Source: Escherichia coli
Lineage (GTDB): Bacteria; Bacillota; Clostridia; Oscillospirales; Oscillospiraceae
Direction: 5' to 3'
Length of the DNA stretch: 64,000 nt
NCBI GenBank assembly: GCA_963632825.1
Contig: CAVGWF010000038.1
Location: forward strand, 25,629-89,628
The position numbers and the translations under genes are program-made. This document shows positions 16,908 through 27,028 of the stretch, in pieces. The first letter of the stretch is position 1. Each line of letters begins with the position of its first letter. Below the pieces are notes generated by a model. That model worked only from the letters and a program-made list of their open reading frames with translations, ran no database searches and was not told where the DNA came from.

Positions 16908-17789
16908 ATGAACAAGCCGTCTCTGAATGTCCTCGGATGCTATATCCTCTGGGGACTGCTTCCGGTGTTCTGGAAGCTCCTCGCCGGCGTAAACTCCGCA
17001 TATGTTCTTGCACAGAGAATAGTTTTTTCTTTTCTGTTCTGCTTCGCCGCCGTGCTTATCAAAAAACATGGCGAGGAGCTGAAAAGGATAGTCCATGATA
17101 AGAGCGAGTGCCGCAGATTCATCCTGTGCGGTCTGCTCATTTCATCCAACTGGGGAGTCTATATCTTTGCCGTCGCAACGAACAGAATACTTGAGTCGAG
17201 CCTTGCCTATTACATAAATCCGCTGTTTTCGGTGCTTATCGGCGCAATATTCTTCAAGGAAAAGCTGAGCACACTGAAATGGCTGAGCGCAGCGCTTGCT
17301 CTGATCGGCGTGAGCATCTCGATAGTAAGCTACGGCACCGTTCCGTACATTGCAATCGTCATAGCCGTGACCTTTGCACTGTACAGTGCGATAAAAAAGG
17401 GAGTGAGCGCCGACAGTGAAACATCCATGTGCATAGAAACAGCAGCAGTCCTGCCCATAGCGGTCGCATTCATAATATATGCGCAGCTTTCCGGCTTTAC
17501 GACATTTGCGTCGCTCAGCGTGTCCGAAATGCTGCTGCTGGCGGCAACGGGGCCAGTTACCTCAATACCGCTCATGCTGTTTGCAAAGGGCATAAAGAGC
17601 ACATCCATCATTACCTCCGGCATACTTATGTATGTTAACCCCACGCTCCAGCTCCTCGTCGGCGTTCTCATATACCATGAGGCATTCACAAGGACAAATG
17701 CAATAACCTTTGTCTTCGTATGGGCGGCGGTAATATTGTTTGTATATGACAGCCTAAGAAAGCATAAGGAAAAAACGGCAGGTCGATGA
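16908..17789 (+). CDS. rarD: EamA/DMT family transporter, RarD-like
   Basis: Ten predicted TM segments. The N-terminus GCYILWGLLPVFWKLL is characteristic of RarD. Confidence 0.75.
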   Translation: MNKPSLNVLGCYILWGLLPVFWKLLAGVNSAYVLAQRIVFSFLFCFAAVLIKKHGEELKRIVHDKSECRRFILCGLLISSNWGVYIFAVATNRILESSLAYYINPLFSVLIGAIFFKEKLSTLKWLSAALALIGVSISIVSYGTVPYIAIVIAVTFALYSAIKKGVSADSETSMCIETAAVLPIAVAFIIYAQLSGFTTFASLSVSEMLLLAATGPVTSIPLMLFAKGIKSTSIITSGILMYVNPTLQLLVGVLIYHEAFTRTNAITFVFVWAAVILFVYDSLRKHKEKTAGR

Positions 17790-17800
17790 CCTGCCGTTCT
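17771..17800. terminator. Bidirectional hairpin between convergent rarD and cysS
   Basis: ACGGCAGGT (17774-17782) / ACCTGCCGT (17788-17796), with an A-run before and a T-rich stretch after. Overlaps the rarD stop codon. Confidence 0.6.
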
Positions 17801-17811
17801 TGGCTTTTATA

Positions 17812-19266
17812 TTAAATTTTCTTCCACTTTGCGCCGTTCGGAATGTCGGTAACTTCGATTCCCTGAGCCTTCAGCTCATCGCGGATGCGGTCGGCCTCAG
17901 CGAAATTCTTCGCCTTCTTCGCCGCTGCGCGTGCCTTGAGAAGCTCCTCGACGGCTGTATCCGCCTCACCGCTTTCGGATATGACGGTAAACTCCGCGCC
18001 GCCGGAAACGGACTGCTTTTTAAGCTCCTCGCGGCGGGCATTTGCCCGTTCAATAAGGCTCAGGCTCAGCACCCTGTCAAAATCCGCGATGGCGGCAAGC
18101 TTTGTATCGTCATTTGTATCGTACTTGAGCACATCGTACAGCGCCGTCACCGCAAGCGAGGTGTTCAGGTCGTTATCGAGTGCCGCTACGAATTTTTCCT
18201 TTAGAGCGCTGAAGGCAGCTTCATCCACAGGCTCTCCGGCGGGCTTGAGCGCGGCAATGCGGTTGATGAGCTTGTTGTATGTGCCCTGCGCATTGTCGAG
18301 ATTCTCCCACGAGAAAACGAGCGATTTGCGGTAGTGGCTCTGCAGGCAGAACAGACGGTAAGCAAGTGGGTCATAGCCCTTCTCCTCAAGCAGCGAAACG
18401 GTGAGGAATTCGCCCTTTGACTTGCTCATTTTGCCGGAGTTGGTGTTCAGGTGCAGAACATGCATCCAGTAGCTGCACCACTTGTGACCGAGGTAGGATT
18501 CCGACTGCGCGATCTCATTGGTGTGGTGCGGGAAGGCGTTGTCGATGCCGCCGCAGTGAATGTCGAGATCGTCGCCGAGATGCTTCATGGATATGCCGGA
18601 GCACTCGATGTGCCAGCCGGGGTAGCCCACGCCCCACGGAGAGTCCCACTTGAGCGCCTGATCCTCAAACTTTGACTTGGTAAACCAAAGAACGAAGTCG
18701 TTCTTGTTGCGCTTGTTCGTGTCCTCCTCAACGCCCTCGCGCACGCCGACATCCAGATCCTCGGCGTTGAAGTCGTTGAAAATATAGTAGCGTTCGAGCT
18801 TGGAGGTGTCAAAATACACATTGCCGCCGGCAAAGTAGGCATAGCCGGTGTCCATGAGCTTTGTGATTATCTTTATATATTCGTCGATGCAGTTGGTCGC
18901 GGGCTCGACTACATCGGGGGTCTTTATGTTGAGCTTTGCGCAGTCGGAAAAAAATGCGTCGGTGTAAAACCTTGCAATGTCCATTACGGACTTGTGCTCG
19001 CGCTTTGCACCCTTGAGCATCTTATCCTCGCCCTCATCGGCGTCGCTGGTGAGGTGCCCGACATCGGTGATATTCATGACGCGCTTGACATTATAGCCGA
19101 CATAGCGCAAATGCTTTTCGAGAATATCCTCCATGATATACGATCTGAGGTTTCCGATGTGCGCATAGTGATACACCGTAGGACCGCAGGTGTACATTTT
19201 AACTATATCGGGATGATTGGGGACGAAGTCCTCTTTTTTTCTTGTTGCGGAATTATAAAGCTTCAT
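17812..19266 (-). CDS. cysS: Cysteine--tRNA ligase
   Basis: Class I HIGH (YHYAHIGNL) and KMSKS (GKMSKSKG) motifs and full-length CysRS similarity. Preceded by a Cys T-box leader. Confidence 0.96.
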   Translation of the reverse strand: MKLYNSATRKKEDFVPNHPDIVKMYTCGPTVYHYAHIGNLRSYIMEDILEKHLRYVGYNVKRVMNITDVGHLTSDADEGEDKMLKGAKREHKSVMDIARFYTDAFFSDCAKLNIKTPDVVEPATNCIDEYIKIITKLMDTGYAYFAGGNVYFDTSKLERYYIFNDFNAEDLDVGVREGVEEDTNKRNKNDFVLWFTKSKFEDQALKWDSPWGVGYPGWHIECSGISMKHLGDDLDIHCGGIDNAFPHHTNEIAQSESYLGHKWCSYWMHVLHLNTNSGKMSKSKGEFLTVSLLEEKGYDPLAYRLFCLQSHYRKSLVFSWENLDNAQGTYNKLINRIAALKPAGEPVDEAAFSALKEKFVAALDNDLNTSLAVTALYDVLKYDTNDDTKLAAIADFDRVLSLSLIERANARREELKKQSVSGGAEFTVISESGEADTAVEELLKARAAAKKAKNFAEADRIRDELKAQGIEVTDIPNGAKWKKI

Positions 19267-19280
19267 GTTCTGCTCCTTTT

Positions 19281-19500
19281 AAAATAATAAAGCCTCCCAT
19301 GGTTTTACCCATGAGAGGCGTAGTTTTACGCGGTTCCACTCTCTTTTGTAGCTCAAAAGGACCTTAACGCGGTCTTACGCGGAGGCATTTCCTACTCCGA
19401 GGCTCCCGGACGCATTTCCTTCGCTTTCCCGCAGCAATGATCTCAGCCAATGTCAAAGCCTCTCTGAGCGGGCAGGGGAGAAGTACTTCTTCCGTTCAAC
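19281..19500 (-). promoter_or_regulatory. T-box leader (tRNA-Cys-sensing transcription attenuator) of cysS
   Basis: Read on the minus strand. Stem I has AGAAGUA (GA motif), CAGAGAG (AG box) and specifier loop GAAA-UGC-G (UGC = Cys; plus-strand gca at 19412-19414). An F-box-like CGCGUUA is present, and the T-box sequence is AGAGAGUGGAACCGCG (19344-19329). The terminator is GCCUCUCAUGG/CCAUGGGAGGC followed by UUUAUUAUUUU. Confidence 0.85.
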
Positions 19501-19534
19501 GCCAATAGAATATTACCATCGGGTGCCCGGTATG

Positions 19535-20068
19535 TCAAGCGCAGTGCTTGAAAACACCGATGTTTTTAACGAAGTATTCAATGCCGGAATACAGCGTGGT
19601 AACGAGTATCAGTACCCAGCATACAACGGATACGGTCTCCGGCGCGGGGAACCATGGCTGTGTTGCGATTATAAGTATACCGAGGGCAACCATGGTAACG
19701 CCGGTCTTTATTTTGCCCGACCATGCCGCAGCGATCACGATGCCCTGCTCGACCGCGAGCAGCCTCAGACCGGAAACGCCGAACTCACGAAGCAGCACGA
19801 GTGCCACCACCCAGCCGGGCATGAGCCCGACCTCAACGAAATAGCACATTGCCGCCAGCACGAGCATTTTATCTGCCAGCGGATCCATAAACTTGCCGAA
19901 ATCGGTCACAAGATTGTATTTTCTCGCGATCCTGCCGTCGGCGAGATCACTCAGGCATGCAATTATGTAAACCGCAAGCGCCCAGTACGGGAGTTCTGTA
20001 TACAAAAGCAACATGAAAATCGGAACAAGAATTATCCTGCCTATCGTTATCTTATTGGGTGTGTTCAT
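19535..20068 (-). CDS. pgsA: CDP-diacylglycerol--glycerol-3-phosphate 3-phosphatidyltransferase
   Basis: CDP-alcohol phosphatidyltransferase motif DLADGRIARKYNLVTDFGKFMDPLADK. Four-nt overlap with the rimO stop. Confidence 0.93.
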   Translation of the reverse strand: MNTPNKITIGRIILVPIFMLLLYTELPYWALAVYIIACLSDLADGRIARKYNLVTDFGKFMDPLADKMLVLAAMCYFVEVGLMPGWVVALVLLREFGVSGLRLLAVEQGIVIAAAWSGKIKTGVTMVALGILIIATQPWFPAPETVSVVCWVLILVTTLYSGIEYFVKNIGVFKHCA

Positions 20069-21387
20069 GATCGTTCCTCCTCGCCGATAAGGTTTCCGTC
20101 ATCGGAAACCGCGGTTATGTGCACGGGTACTATCTCACCCTCGCCGCCATTGCCGCTGAAATATACAAGCCCGTCTATATCCGGTGAATCGTAGCAGCTC
20201 CTGCCTGTCCATTGTCCGTCCCCGCTGCATTCGGTACATATGACAGGCAGGGTTTTGCCGACAAGCGATGCCGCAAAGTCGTCCATTATGCGCGCCTGAA
20301 TGTCCATGATGAGCTCGGCACGCCGCTGAGCCTCCTCAGAATCGCAGTGCTCCATACCTGCCGCTGGAGTGCTCTCCTCGGGAGAGAAGGGGAAAACGCC
20401 GGCGCGCTCGATCTTAGCCTCGCGCAGAAATTCGCACAGCTCCTCAAACTCCGCCTCGCCCTCGCCGGGCAGACCGGCTATGAGGCTTGTCCGCAGCACC
20501 AGACCGGGTATGCGCTGCCTCAGCGTTTTGAAAAGCTCACGGATGTCGTCTCCGGTACCGTGACGGTTCATTGTCCTGAGAATTTTGTTGTTTATATGCT
20601 GAATGGGAATATCCAGATACTTTACTATTTTGGGATTTGACGCTATCTCGTCGATGAGCTCATCGTCAAACTGGTCGGGATAAGTATAGTGCAGCCTTAT
20701 CCACTCAACGCCGTCTATCTCCGCTATTTTGCGGCACAGCTCCGCGAGCGAGCGCTTGCCGTAAAGGTCAGTGCCGTAGCGCGTTATGTCCTGAGCAATA
20801 ACGATGATCTCCTTAATTCCGTGGTCTGCAAGATCACGCGCCTCCTCAAGGACATTTTCCATTTCTCTCGAGCGGTATCTGCCGCGGATAAACGGTATCG
20901 CGCAGAACGCACAGAAGTTATCGCAGCCCTCTGCTATGCGCAGATATGCCCACGAGGGACCGGTGCTCACAACGCGGGGGATCTCGTCGACCGGCGCGCT
21001 GTTGTCGGCAAAAAGACTCACCGGCTTTTCTGCGAACACCGCGTCCACCGCCGGAACTATATCGCCGAAGCTGCCGACGCCGAGTATGGCATCCACCTCC
21101 GGGAGCTCCTCGGTAACGGCGGCGCGATAGCGCTCCGTGAGGCAGCCGGTGACGATTATCTTGCCGAGTCTGCCCTCCGACTTGAGCTGCGCCATTTCGA
21201 GAATGGTGTCTATCGCTTCGCTTTTTGCCGCGTCAATAAAGCCGCAGGTATTTATGATGACGGCATCCGCACCGTCCGGAGAAGGGGCGAGCGCATAGCC
21301 TGCCTCGCTGAGTAGATACAGCATCTGCTCGCTGTTTACGAGGTTTTTTGCGCAGCCCAAAGATATTAGGGCAACAGTTTTGTCCAT
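20065..21387 (-). CDS. rimO: Ribosomal protein S12 methylthiotransferase
   Basis: MTTase N-domain (LGCAKN), radical-SAM CDNFCAFC and a C-terminal TRAM domain. The ~440-aa length and the position upstream of pgsA are typical of RimO. Confidence 0.9.
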   Translation of the reverse strand: MDKTVALISLGCAKNLVNSEQMLYLLSEAGYALAPSPDGADAVIINTCGFIDAAKSEAIDTILEMAQLKSEGRLGKIIVTGCLTERYRAAVTEELPEVDAILGVGSFGDIVPAVDAVFAEKPVSLFADNSAPVDEIPRVVSTGPSWAYLRIAEGCDNFCAFCAIPFIRGRYRSREMENVLEEARDLADHGIKEIIVIAQDITRYGTDLYGKRSLAELCRKIAEIDGVEWIRLHYTYPDQFDDELIDEIASNPKIVKYLDIPIQHINNKILRTMNRHGTGDDIRELFKTLRQRIPGLVLRTSLIAGLPGEGEAEFEELCEFLREAKIERAGVFPFSPEESTPAAGMEHCDSEEAQRRAELIMDIQARIMDDFAASLVGKTLPVICTECSGDGQWTGRSCYDSPDIDGLVYFSGNGGEGEIVPVHITAVSDDGNLIGEEERS

Positions 21388-21995
21388 CAGAGTTCACCTT
21401 GAGTATCAAATTCGTTTAGGGCGCTTCTTATCTGCTCCCACGAGTAACCGCGCCGGAAAAGAGCGTCGGAGACCTTTTTGACCTGAGCCCGATCGGTCGG
21501 ATCGGTAAGCCTTGTGCGCAGGAAGCGCGCAAGATATTCGTCCTGCTCCGGCATCTGCTCGAGTGCAGGGCCCCACATTTCGCGCGGAACGCCGTGCCGC
21601 CGGAGCTCCTGCTTTATGCGCACCTGACCGTAGCCCTTGGCGGCATAGTGCCGCACGACGCTGCCGGCATATTGCTCATCGTTGATGAGCCCCATTTCGC
21701 ACAGCCAGTCGGCGCATGCCTCGGCATTTTCGGGAGCCTCGCCCTTTTCGACGAGCCGCCTGCGCATCTCCTCGCGGGACATGGGCCGCGTGTTTATTAT
21801 CCTCAGCGCGCGGGCTTTGGCAAGCGATAGGGCAGAGGCGCACACGAGCTCACTGTATGCCTCGCCGCTCAGATCCATTCCGGAGTGTAGGAAGCGCTCG
21901 GTAATTATTCCCAGAGTTGTCTTGAGCTCAGGGGCATCGTCGAAAACGAGCGTGAACCGCTCCGGAGAGGTCTGCTTTATTTCACAAAGCCGCAC
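21387..21995 (-). CDS. recX: Recombination regulator RecX
   Basis: Directly downstream of recA. Three-fold helical repeat pattern (..RRRLVEKGE..DEQYAGSVVRHYAAKGYG..). GTG start. Confidence 0.85.
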   Translation of the reverse strand: MRLCEIKQTSPERFTLVFDDAPELKTTLGIITERFLHSGMDLSGEAYSELVCASALSLAKARALRIINTRPMSREEMRRRLVEKGEAPENAEACADWLCEMGLINDEQYAGSVVRHYAAKGYGQVRIKQELRRHGVPREMWGPALEQMPEQDEYLARFLRTRLTDPTDRAQVKKVSDALFRRGYSWEQIRSALNEFDTQGEL

Positions 21996-22000
21996 CGTGC

Positions 22001-23101
22001 TCAGCCTTCAAAATCATCGGCGCTTATATCCACCGCGCGTCCGGCTGCCTGGGCCGCCTTGCGTGCCTGCGGAGCCATCAGCTTGTAGGCATTATCGCGT
22101 ATCTGCTGCTCGATATTTGCGCATATCTCGGGATTTGAAAGCAGATATTCCTTCACGGCATCTCTGCCCTGAATGCGCTGCTCGCCTACGGTGAACCATG
22201 CACCGGCCTTGTCGATTATCTCAAGCTTAACGCCGAGATCGACTATCTCGCCGACCTTGGATATTCCCTCGCCGTACATGATATCGAACTCAGCCTCCTT
22301 GAACGGGGGAGCGCACTTGTTCTTTATGACCTTGGCCCTCGTGCGGTTGCCTATCATTTCGCCGCCGACCTTGAGGGTCTCGATTCGGCGGACATCTATG
22401 CGCACGGAGGCGTAGTATTTAAGCGCAAGACCGCCGGGGGTAGTCTCGGGGTTGCCGTACATAACGCCGATCTTCTGACGAAGCTGGTTTATGAATATGA
22501 CGGTACAGCCGTTTTTCGAGATACAGCCGGCAAGACGGCGCATTGCCTGCGACATCAGCCTCGCAAGAGCGCCGACGACGGAGTCGCCCATTTCACCCTC
22601 AAGCTCTATGCGGGGGATAAGCGCCGCAACGGAGTCAACGACGACGACATCAACTGCGCTTGAACGGACAAGACTTTCGGTTATGTCGAGCGCCTGCTCG
22701 CCGGTGTCCGGCTGGGAGATGAGCAGACTGTCTATGTCAACGCCGAGCGCACGGGCATATGCCGGCTCGAGCGCATGCTCAACATCTATGTATGCCGCCT
22801 CGCCTCCGGCCTTCTGAGCCGCGGCGACGACATGCAGGGCAAGCGTCGTCTTGCCCGATGCCTCAGGACCGTAGATCTCGATGATCCTTCCCTTGGGAAC
22901 GCCGCCTATGCCGAGCGCAAGGTCAAGCGAGAGCGAACCCGTGGAAAGAGCCTCGACATTCACGGGAATATCGTCGCCCAAACGCATTATGGCGCCCTTG
23001 CCATAATTTTTTTCTATCTGTGCAATGCAGGTCTCAAGCGCCTTTTTCTTGTCGCCGGCCTGCGAGTGAGTCGAGATGGGAGCCTTCTTCTTATCTGCCA
23101 T
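22001..23101 (-). CDS. recA: Recombinase RecA
   Basis: [15 protein letters not shown], Walker [10 protein letters not shown], and L1/L2 regions (..[22 protein letters not shown]..). Confidence 0.98.
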   Translation of the reverse strand: MADKKKAPISTHSQAGDKKKALETCIAQIEKNYGKGAIMRLGDDIPVNVEALSTGSLSLDLALGIGGVPKGRIIEIYGPEASGKTTLALHVVAAAQKAGGEAAYIDVEHALEPAYARALGVDIDSLLISQPDTGEQALDITESLVRSSAVDVVVVDSVAALIPRIELEGEMGDSVVGALARLMSQAMRRLAGCISKNGCTVIFINQLRQKIGVMYGNPETTPGGLALKYYASVRIDVRRIETLKVGGEMIGNRTRAKVIKNKCAPPFKEAEFDIMYGEGISKVGEIVDLGVKLEIIDKAGAWFTVGEQRIQGRDAVKEYLLSNPEICANIEQQIRDNAYKLMAPQARKAAQAAGRAVDISADDFEG

Positions 23102-23121
23102 TTAGTTCACCTCATGTATAG

Positions 23122-23991
23122 TCAAAATTCGTTTTTCCATTTGCCGATGACAACGCGGTCAAAGCCAAGAGTGTCCTTGCGGGTATCCACCGAAACGAAT
23201 CCCGCGTGCAGCAGCATCCTGCCGACATCCTCTGCCTGACCCTCGCCGACCTCGAACATCATAAGTCCGTTCGGGCGCATCGTTATTGTCCAGTATTTTA
23301 TTATCGCCCTGTAGAAATCGAGCCCGTCCTCGCCGCCGTCGAGCGCGGTCATCGGCTCATAGTCGCGCACCGAGCAGTCAAGCTCTATCAGCTCAAACGA
23401 GGGAATATACGGCGGGTTTGATACTATGACATCAAAGCTTCCGATGCTCATAGGCGGCCATGTGGTAGCGTCGGCGTTCATGGGGATTATCCGCGATGTG
23501 AGCTTATTGTCCTTAATGTTCTTCCGGCACACCTCAAGCGCCGAGGGACTTATATCCGCCGCAACTACTCTCGCGGCCGGCAGCTCATGTGCCAGCGCGC
23601 AGGCAATGCAGCCGCTTCCGCAGCACAGATCGAGTATCCTGCCCTTCATGCCGAAGCCCTTTATGGCTTCTATGGCGGCATCGACGAGTATCTCGGTATC
23701 CATGCGCGGAATGAGAACATCCGGAGTTACCGTCATGGGCAGACCGTAAAACTCCCACGAGCCGGAGATATATGCAAGCGGTTCACCGTCTAAACGGCGC
23801 CGTATCATATCGTCAGCGCGCTGCTCTATTTCGGTAGAAGTGTAAAGATACATATCGCGCATAAGCTGCTCTGTGGTCTTTCCGGCTGCCGCGGCAAGGA
23901 GAATGCGGGCCTCAAGGCTGTAGGCTTCAACGCCCTTTTCCCTGAGCATATTCCTCACCGAAAAGTAAATATCATTGTATGTCTTTGGCAT
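23122..23991 (-). CDS. prmC: Peptide chain release factor N5-glutamine methyltransferase
   Basis: SAM motif LDLCCGSGC and catalytic NPPY (VSNPPYIP). Confidence 0.9.
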   Translation of the reverse strand: MPKTYNDIYFSVRNMLREKGVEAYSLEARILLAAAAGKTTEQLMRDMYLYTSTEIEQRADDMIRRRLDGEPLAYISGSWEFYGLPMTVTPDVLIPRMDTEILVDAAIEAIKGFGMKGRILDLCCGSGCIACALAHELPAARVVAADISPSALEVCRKNIKDNKLTSRIIPMNADATTWPPMSIGSFDVIVSNPPYIPSFELIELDCSVRDYEPMTALDGGEDGLDFYRAIIKYWTITMRPNGLMMFEVGEGQAEDVGRMLLHAGFVSVDTRKDTLGFDRVVIGKWKNEF

Positions 23992-24003
23992 TTTCCATGG
24001 TCC

Positions 24004-24954
24004 TTACCAGGCATCGCTGCCTTTTTCTTCGGGGATGACGAGCTCAAGCGCGCGTATTGCGCACTCTATCATATCGTCGTCGGGCTCATTTGTGGTTATG
24101 CGCTGGAACTGCTTGCCCGGCCACGAGAGAATCCTTGAGCATATATTGTCGTGCCGTCCGACCCAGCGGTTCAGCTCATAGCTCACGCCGACTATGAGCG
24201 GGAGCATGAGAAACTTCAGCGCCATCCTCAGCAGAGTGTCCGAAACATGGATAAACGAGCCGGCGAGTATACTTATTATAATAACAACGAAAATAAAGCT
24301 CGTTCCGCATCTTGGGTGCAGCCTTGGCTGCGGACGGACATTCTCAACCGTCAGCGGCAGACCCTTTTCATAGCAGAATATCGTTTTGTGCTCGGCGCCG
24401 TGATACGAAAACAGACGCTTCATATCCTTCATTTTTGAACACAATATCAGATAAACAAAGAATATGACGAGCTTGAGGATACCCTCAAGCAGGGTACGCC
24501 AGTAAAAATCGGACTTCACGGCGGGGAACAGACCGACTATGAAGGTTGGCAGAAATAGAAACAGAAAAAGCGAAAGCGCAATGCCCAGTACAACGGCTAT
24601 GCCGATAATTAGCTTCTGCGCAGTCTCGCCGGAAAAGTGGTTTTCTATCCACTGGTCTATCTTGTCCGGCTCCTCCTGCATGTCCTCGGGAAGCTGCTCG
24701 GCGGAGAACGAAAGCGCCTTAACACCGTTTATCATCGAGGATATGAACGCCGCAACTCCGCGGATAAGCGGAAGTGCGAGTACGGGAGATTTTTCCTTGA
24801 GAGGAATGACCGGCTCTACCTTTTCGACCATTTCACCCGAGCCACGGCATACGACAGCGCGCTTGCCGGGGCCGAGCATCATTATGCCCTCTATGAGCGC
24901 CTGACCTCCGATGGAGGTCTTGAACGCCGTTGAGCTGTTATCTTTGTCTGACAT
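24004..24954 (-). CDS. DUF1385 domain-containing membrane protein (YqhQ-like)
   Basis: IGGQALIEGIMM.., ..YHGAEHKTI.., ..HPRCGTSF... The position upstream of prmC is the usual one for this family. Confidence 0.85.
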   Translation of the reverse strand: MSDKDNSSTAFKTSIGGQALIEGIMMLGPGKRAVVCRGSGEMVEKVEPVIPLKEKSPVLALPLIRGVAAFISSMINGVKALSFSAEQLPEDMQEEPDKIDQWIENHFSGETAQKLIIGIAVVLGIALSLFLFLFLPTFIVGLFPAVKSDFYWRTLLEGILKLVIFFVYLILCSKMKDMKRLFSYHGAEHKTIFCYEKGLPLTVENVRPQPRLHPRCGTSFIFVVIIISILAGSFIHVSDTLLRMALKFLMLPLIVGVSYELNRWVGRHDNICSRILSWPGKQFQRITTNEPDDDMIECAIRALELVIPEEKGSDAW

Positions 24955-24963
24955 TTATCTACC

Positions 24964-25959
24964 TCAGTTTTCCGAAATCGGCAGGATTATTTTTGCAAGG
25001 CAGCCGCCGCCCTCGGCATTTGAAATGTCGAGTCTTCCGCCGTGACGCGTTACTATCTCGTCGCAAACGGCGAGACCGATGCCGCTGCCGCGGTTTTTTG
25101 AGCTGCCCTTGTAGAATCTGTTTTTGACGAACGGAAGCTCGTTTTCGGGAATACCGTGCCCGTAATCGCGGATGCAGATCACAACGCTGTCATTTTCAAG
25201 AGACAGCGAGACCTCCGCCTTACCGCCGTCGCCGCCGTGCTTTGCGGCGTTATCCAGCAGGTTTAAAAACACCTGCTTCAGGCGCTCGGGGTCGCCGGAA
25301 ATGAGCGGGATATCGTACTCGGGAGGTATGTAGCTGACCTCAATGCCCGCCTCGCTCATAAGATTCCCGTAGGTATACAGCGAATCCTCCAGCTCGGCTG
25401 CAATGTCAACGAGCTCTATGCGCAGGTTGAACCGGCCGTCCTGAATGCGGGTAAACTCCAATAGATCGGCTACCATACCCGTGAGTCTTTCGGCTTCCTT
25501 TGAAATTATCTTGACGCCGCGCAGAGAATCTCCCTTGACGGCGGGATCGTACTGCAGCGTTTCGCTCCAGCCGAGTATTGCGGTAAGCGGAGTGCGCAGC
25601 TCGTGCGATATCTGTGATATAAACTCCGAGGTTGCCTTGTCCGAGCGGGCGATTTTTGCGGACATACGGTTTATGTCGTCGGTGAGTCTGCTGATCTCGT
25701 TATCGCCGACCGACGGCACCTGCGCACCGTAGCTTCCGCCGGCAATATTCTTCGCGTTTTCCGAAAGCGCCTTTATCGGCTGTGATACAAAGTGGCGAAA
25801 CCAGACATTGACACATATTATGTATGCGCCTATTATGACCGCTATCATGATGGCCGGAGCGATAAGACCATGCGCCAAGAACACGATAAGGCACACGATA
25901 AGTATGACCGCCGCTATGCTTGATGCAAGCAGCTGCCATTTAAGGCTTTTAAAAAACAT
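24964..25959 (-). CDS. Sensor histidine kinase (2 TM, HAMP, HisKA, HATPase_c)
   Basis: H-box SHELRTPLTAILGW, N-box LLDNAAKH, G1 DYGHGI, G2 GSGIGLAV. Confidence 0.92.
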   Translation of the reverse strand: MFFKSLKWQLLASSIAAVILIVCLIVFLAHGLIAPAIMIAVIIGAYIICVNVWFRHFVSQPIKALSENAKNIAGGSYGAQVPSVGDNEISRLTDDINRMSAKIARSDKATSEFISQISHELRTPLTAILGWSETLQYDPAVKGDSLRGVKIISKEAERLTGMVADLLEFTRIQDGRFNLRIELVDIAAELEDSLYTYGNLMSEAGIEVSYIPPEYDIPLISGDPERLKQVFLNLLDNAAKHGGDGGKAEVSLSLENDSVVICIRDYGHGIPENELPFVKNRFYKGSSKNRGSGIGLAVCDEIVTRHGGRLDISNAEGGGCLAKIILPISEN

Positions 25960-25983
25960 TTAACACTTCCAAGGGATAGATTA

Positions 25984-26673
25984 TCAATAGCCCCACTTGT
26001 AGCCGAAGCCCCAGACGGTGGTGAGATATTCGGGCTCGGTCGGGTCAGCCTCGATTTTAATACGCAGGCGGCGGATGTTCACATCAACGGTTTTTAATTC
26101 GCCCGAGAAGTCCTCGCCCCACACCGCCTTGAGAATGTCTTCTCGAGACATGGCCTTTCCCGGGTTTTCCATAAAAAGCTTCATCAGCAGATATTCTATC
26201 TGTGTGAGCTTCAGACGCTTGCAGTCCTTTTCCAGAGTGCGGTTGCGGGTGTTGAGCAGAAAAGGCCCGCTTGATATTTCATAGCTGGGCTTATCGCCAG
26301 CGTCGTTGCCGAGACGCCTTACGAGAGCATCCACTCTTGCGGTGAGCTCCGCGGGGGAGAAGGGCTTGGTGACATAATCGTCGGCGCCGGTCATAAGTCC
26401 CGTGACCTTGTCGATCTCCTGACTTTTTGCGGTGAGCATGATTATGCCGATCTTGGAGCCTGAGGCGCGGATGCGCCGGCAGACCTCAAAGCCGTCGATA
26501 TCGGGCAGCATGACATCGAGAAGAGCCAGACTTATGTCCGGGTTTTTCTCAAGCAGGCTGAGTGCGGTCATGCCGTTTTCGGCTTCGATAGGCTCATATC
26601 CGTTGCGGCGGAGGTTAATTACCACAAAACTGCGGATATTCGGTTCGTCCTCAAGTACGAGTATCTTTTTCAT
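25984..26673 (-). CDS. OmpR/PhoB family response regulator
   Basis: Receiver domain (DDxxxx..LDVMLPDIDG..K) plus a winged-helix C-terminus (..TVWGFGYKW). Confidence 0.95.
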   Translation of the reverse strand: MKKILVLEDEPNIRSFVVINLRRNGYEPIEAENGMTALSLLEKNPDISLALLDVMLPDIDGFEVCRRIRASGSKIGIIMLTAKSQEIDKVTGLMTGADDYVTKPFSPAELTARVDALVRRLGNDAGDKPSYEISSGPFLLNTRNRTLEKDCKRLKLTQIEYLLMKLFMENPGKAMSREDILKAVWGEDFSGELKTVDVNIRRLRIKIEADPTEPEYLTTVWGFGYKWGY

Positions 26674-26808
26674 GGTTTTGCCTCTTTCTTATAAGTTTAC
26701 AGATTTACATTTAAATATTGTAACATACAATTTTCAATTTTGGTAGTACTTACGGCGAAAAAATGTAAAGCGGGAACAAAAAATTACATGAATATTGGCA
26801 GCTCACAC

Positions 26809-26837
26809 TTGAATAATACAAAATTATAAGTTATAAT
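26809..26837 (+). promoter_or_regulatory. Sigma-A-like promoter of tRNA-Leu
   Basis: TTGAAT (26809-26814), exact 17-nt spacer, TATAAT (26832-26837), 18 nt before the tRNA 5' end. Confidence 0.6.
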
Positions 26838-26855
26838 ACCCATGCTGTACGATAA

Positions 26856-26943
26856 GCCGGTGTGTTGGAATTGGTAGACGAGGCGGACTCAAAATCCGTT
26901 GGGCTAATACCCCGTGCGGGTTCGACCCCCGCCACCGGCACCA
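26856..26943 (+). tRNA. tRNA-Leu (anticodon CAA), CCA encoded
   Basis: GCCGGTG acceptor stem, GGAATTGGTAGAC D-loop, anticodon arm GCGGA-CTCAAAA-TCCGT, long variable arm (class II), T-arm GCGGGTTCGACCCCCGC, 3' CACCGGC-A-CCA. Confidence 0.92.
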
Positions 26944-26944
26944 C

Positions 26945-26980
26945 GCCGCCGCAAGCATTATGAAGCTTGCGGCGGCTTTT
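26945..26980 (+). terminator. Intrinsic terminator after tRNA-Leu
   Basis: A 12-bp stem GCCGCCGCAAGC / GCTTGCGGCGGC followed by TTTT. Confidence 0.85.
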
Positions 26981-27028
26981 GCATGTCTTCATGTCAGAAA
27001 ACAGCTTCAAATAATATCCTCCCGCCGG

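Noticed and set aside
19381-19392. Second GGAAAUGCC element in the T-box leader as an alternative Cys specifier
   Set aside because: By hand-folding, the first GAAAUGCG (19411-19418) sits on the 3' side of the Stem I internal loop opposite the GA motif. The second lies after Stem I closes. Either way the specificity is Cys.
26696-26723. TTTACA-N2-TTTACA direct repeat and TGTAA inverted copy upstream of the response-regulator gene as OmpR-type binding sites
   Set aside because: The 8-bp spacing does not match the about 10-11 bp periodicity of OmpR-family sites. The elements can be explained as the operon's own -35/-10 region in AT-rich DNA.
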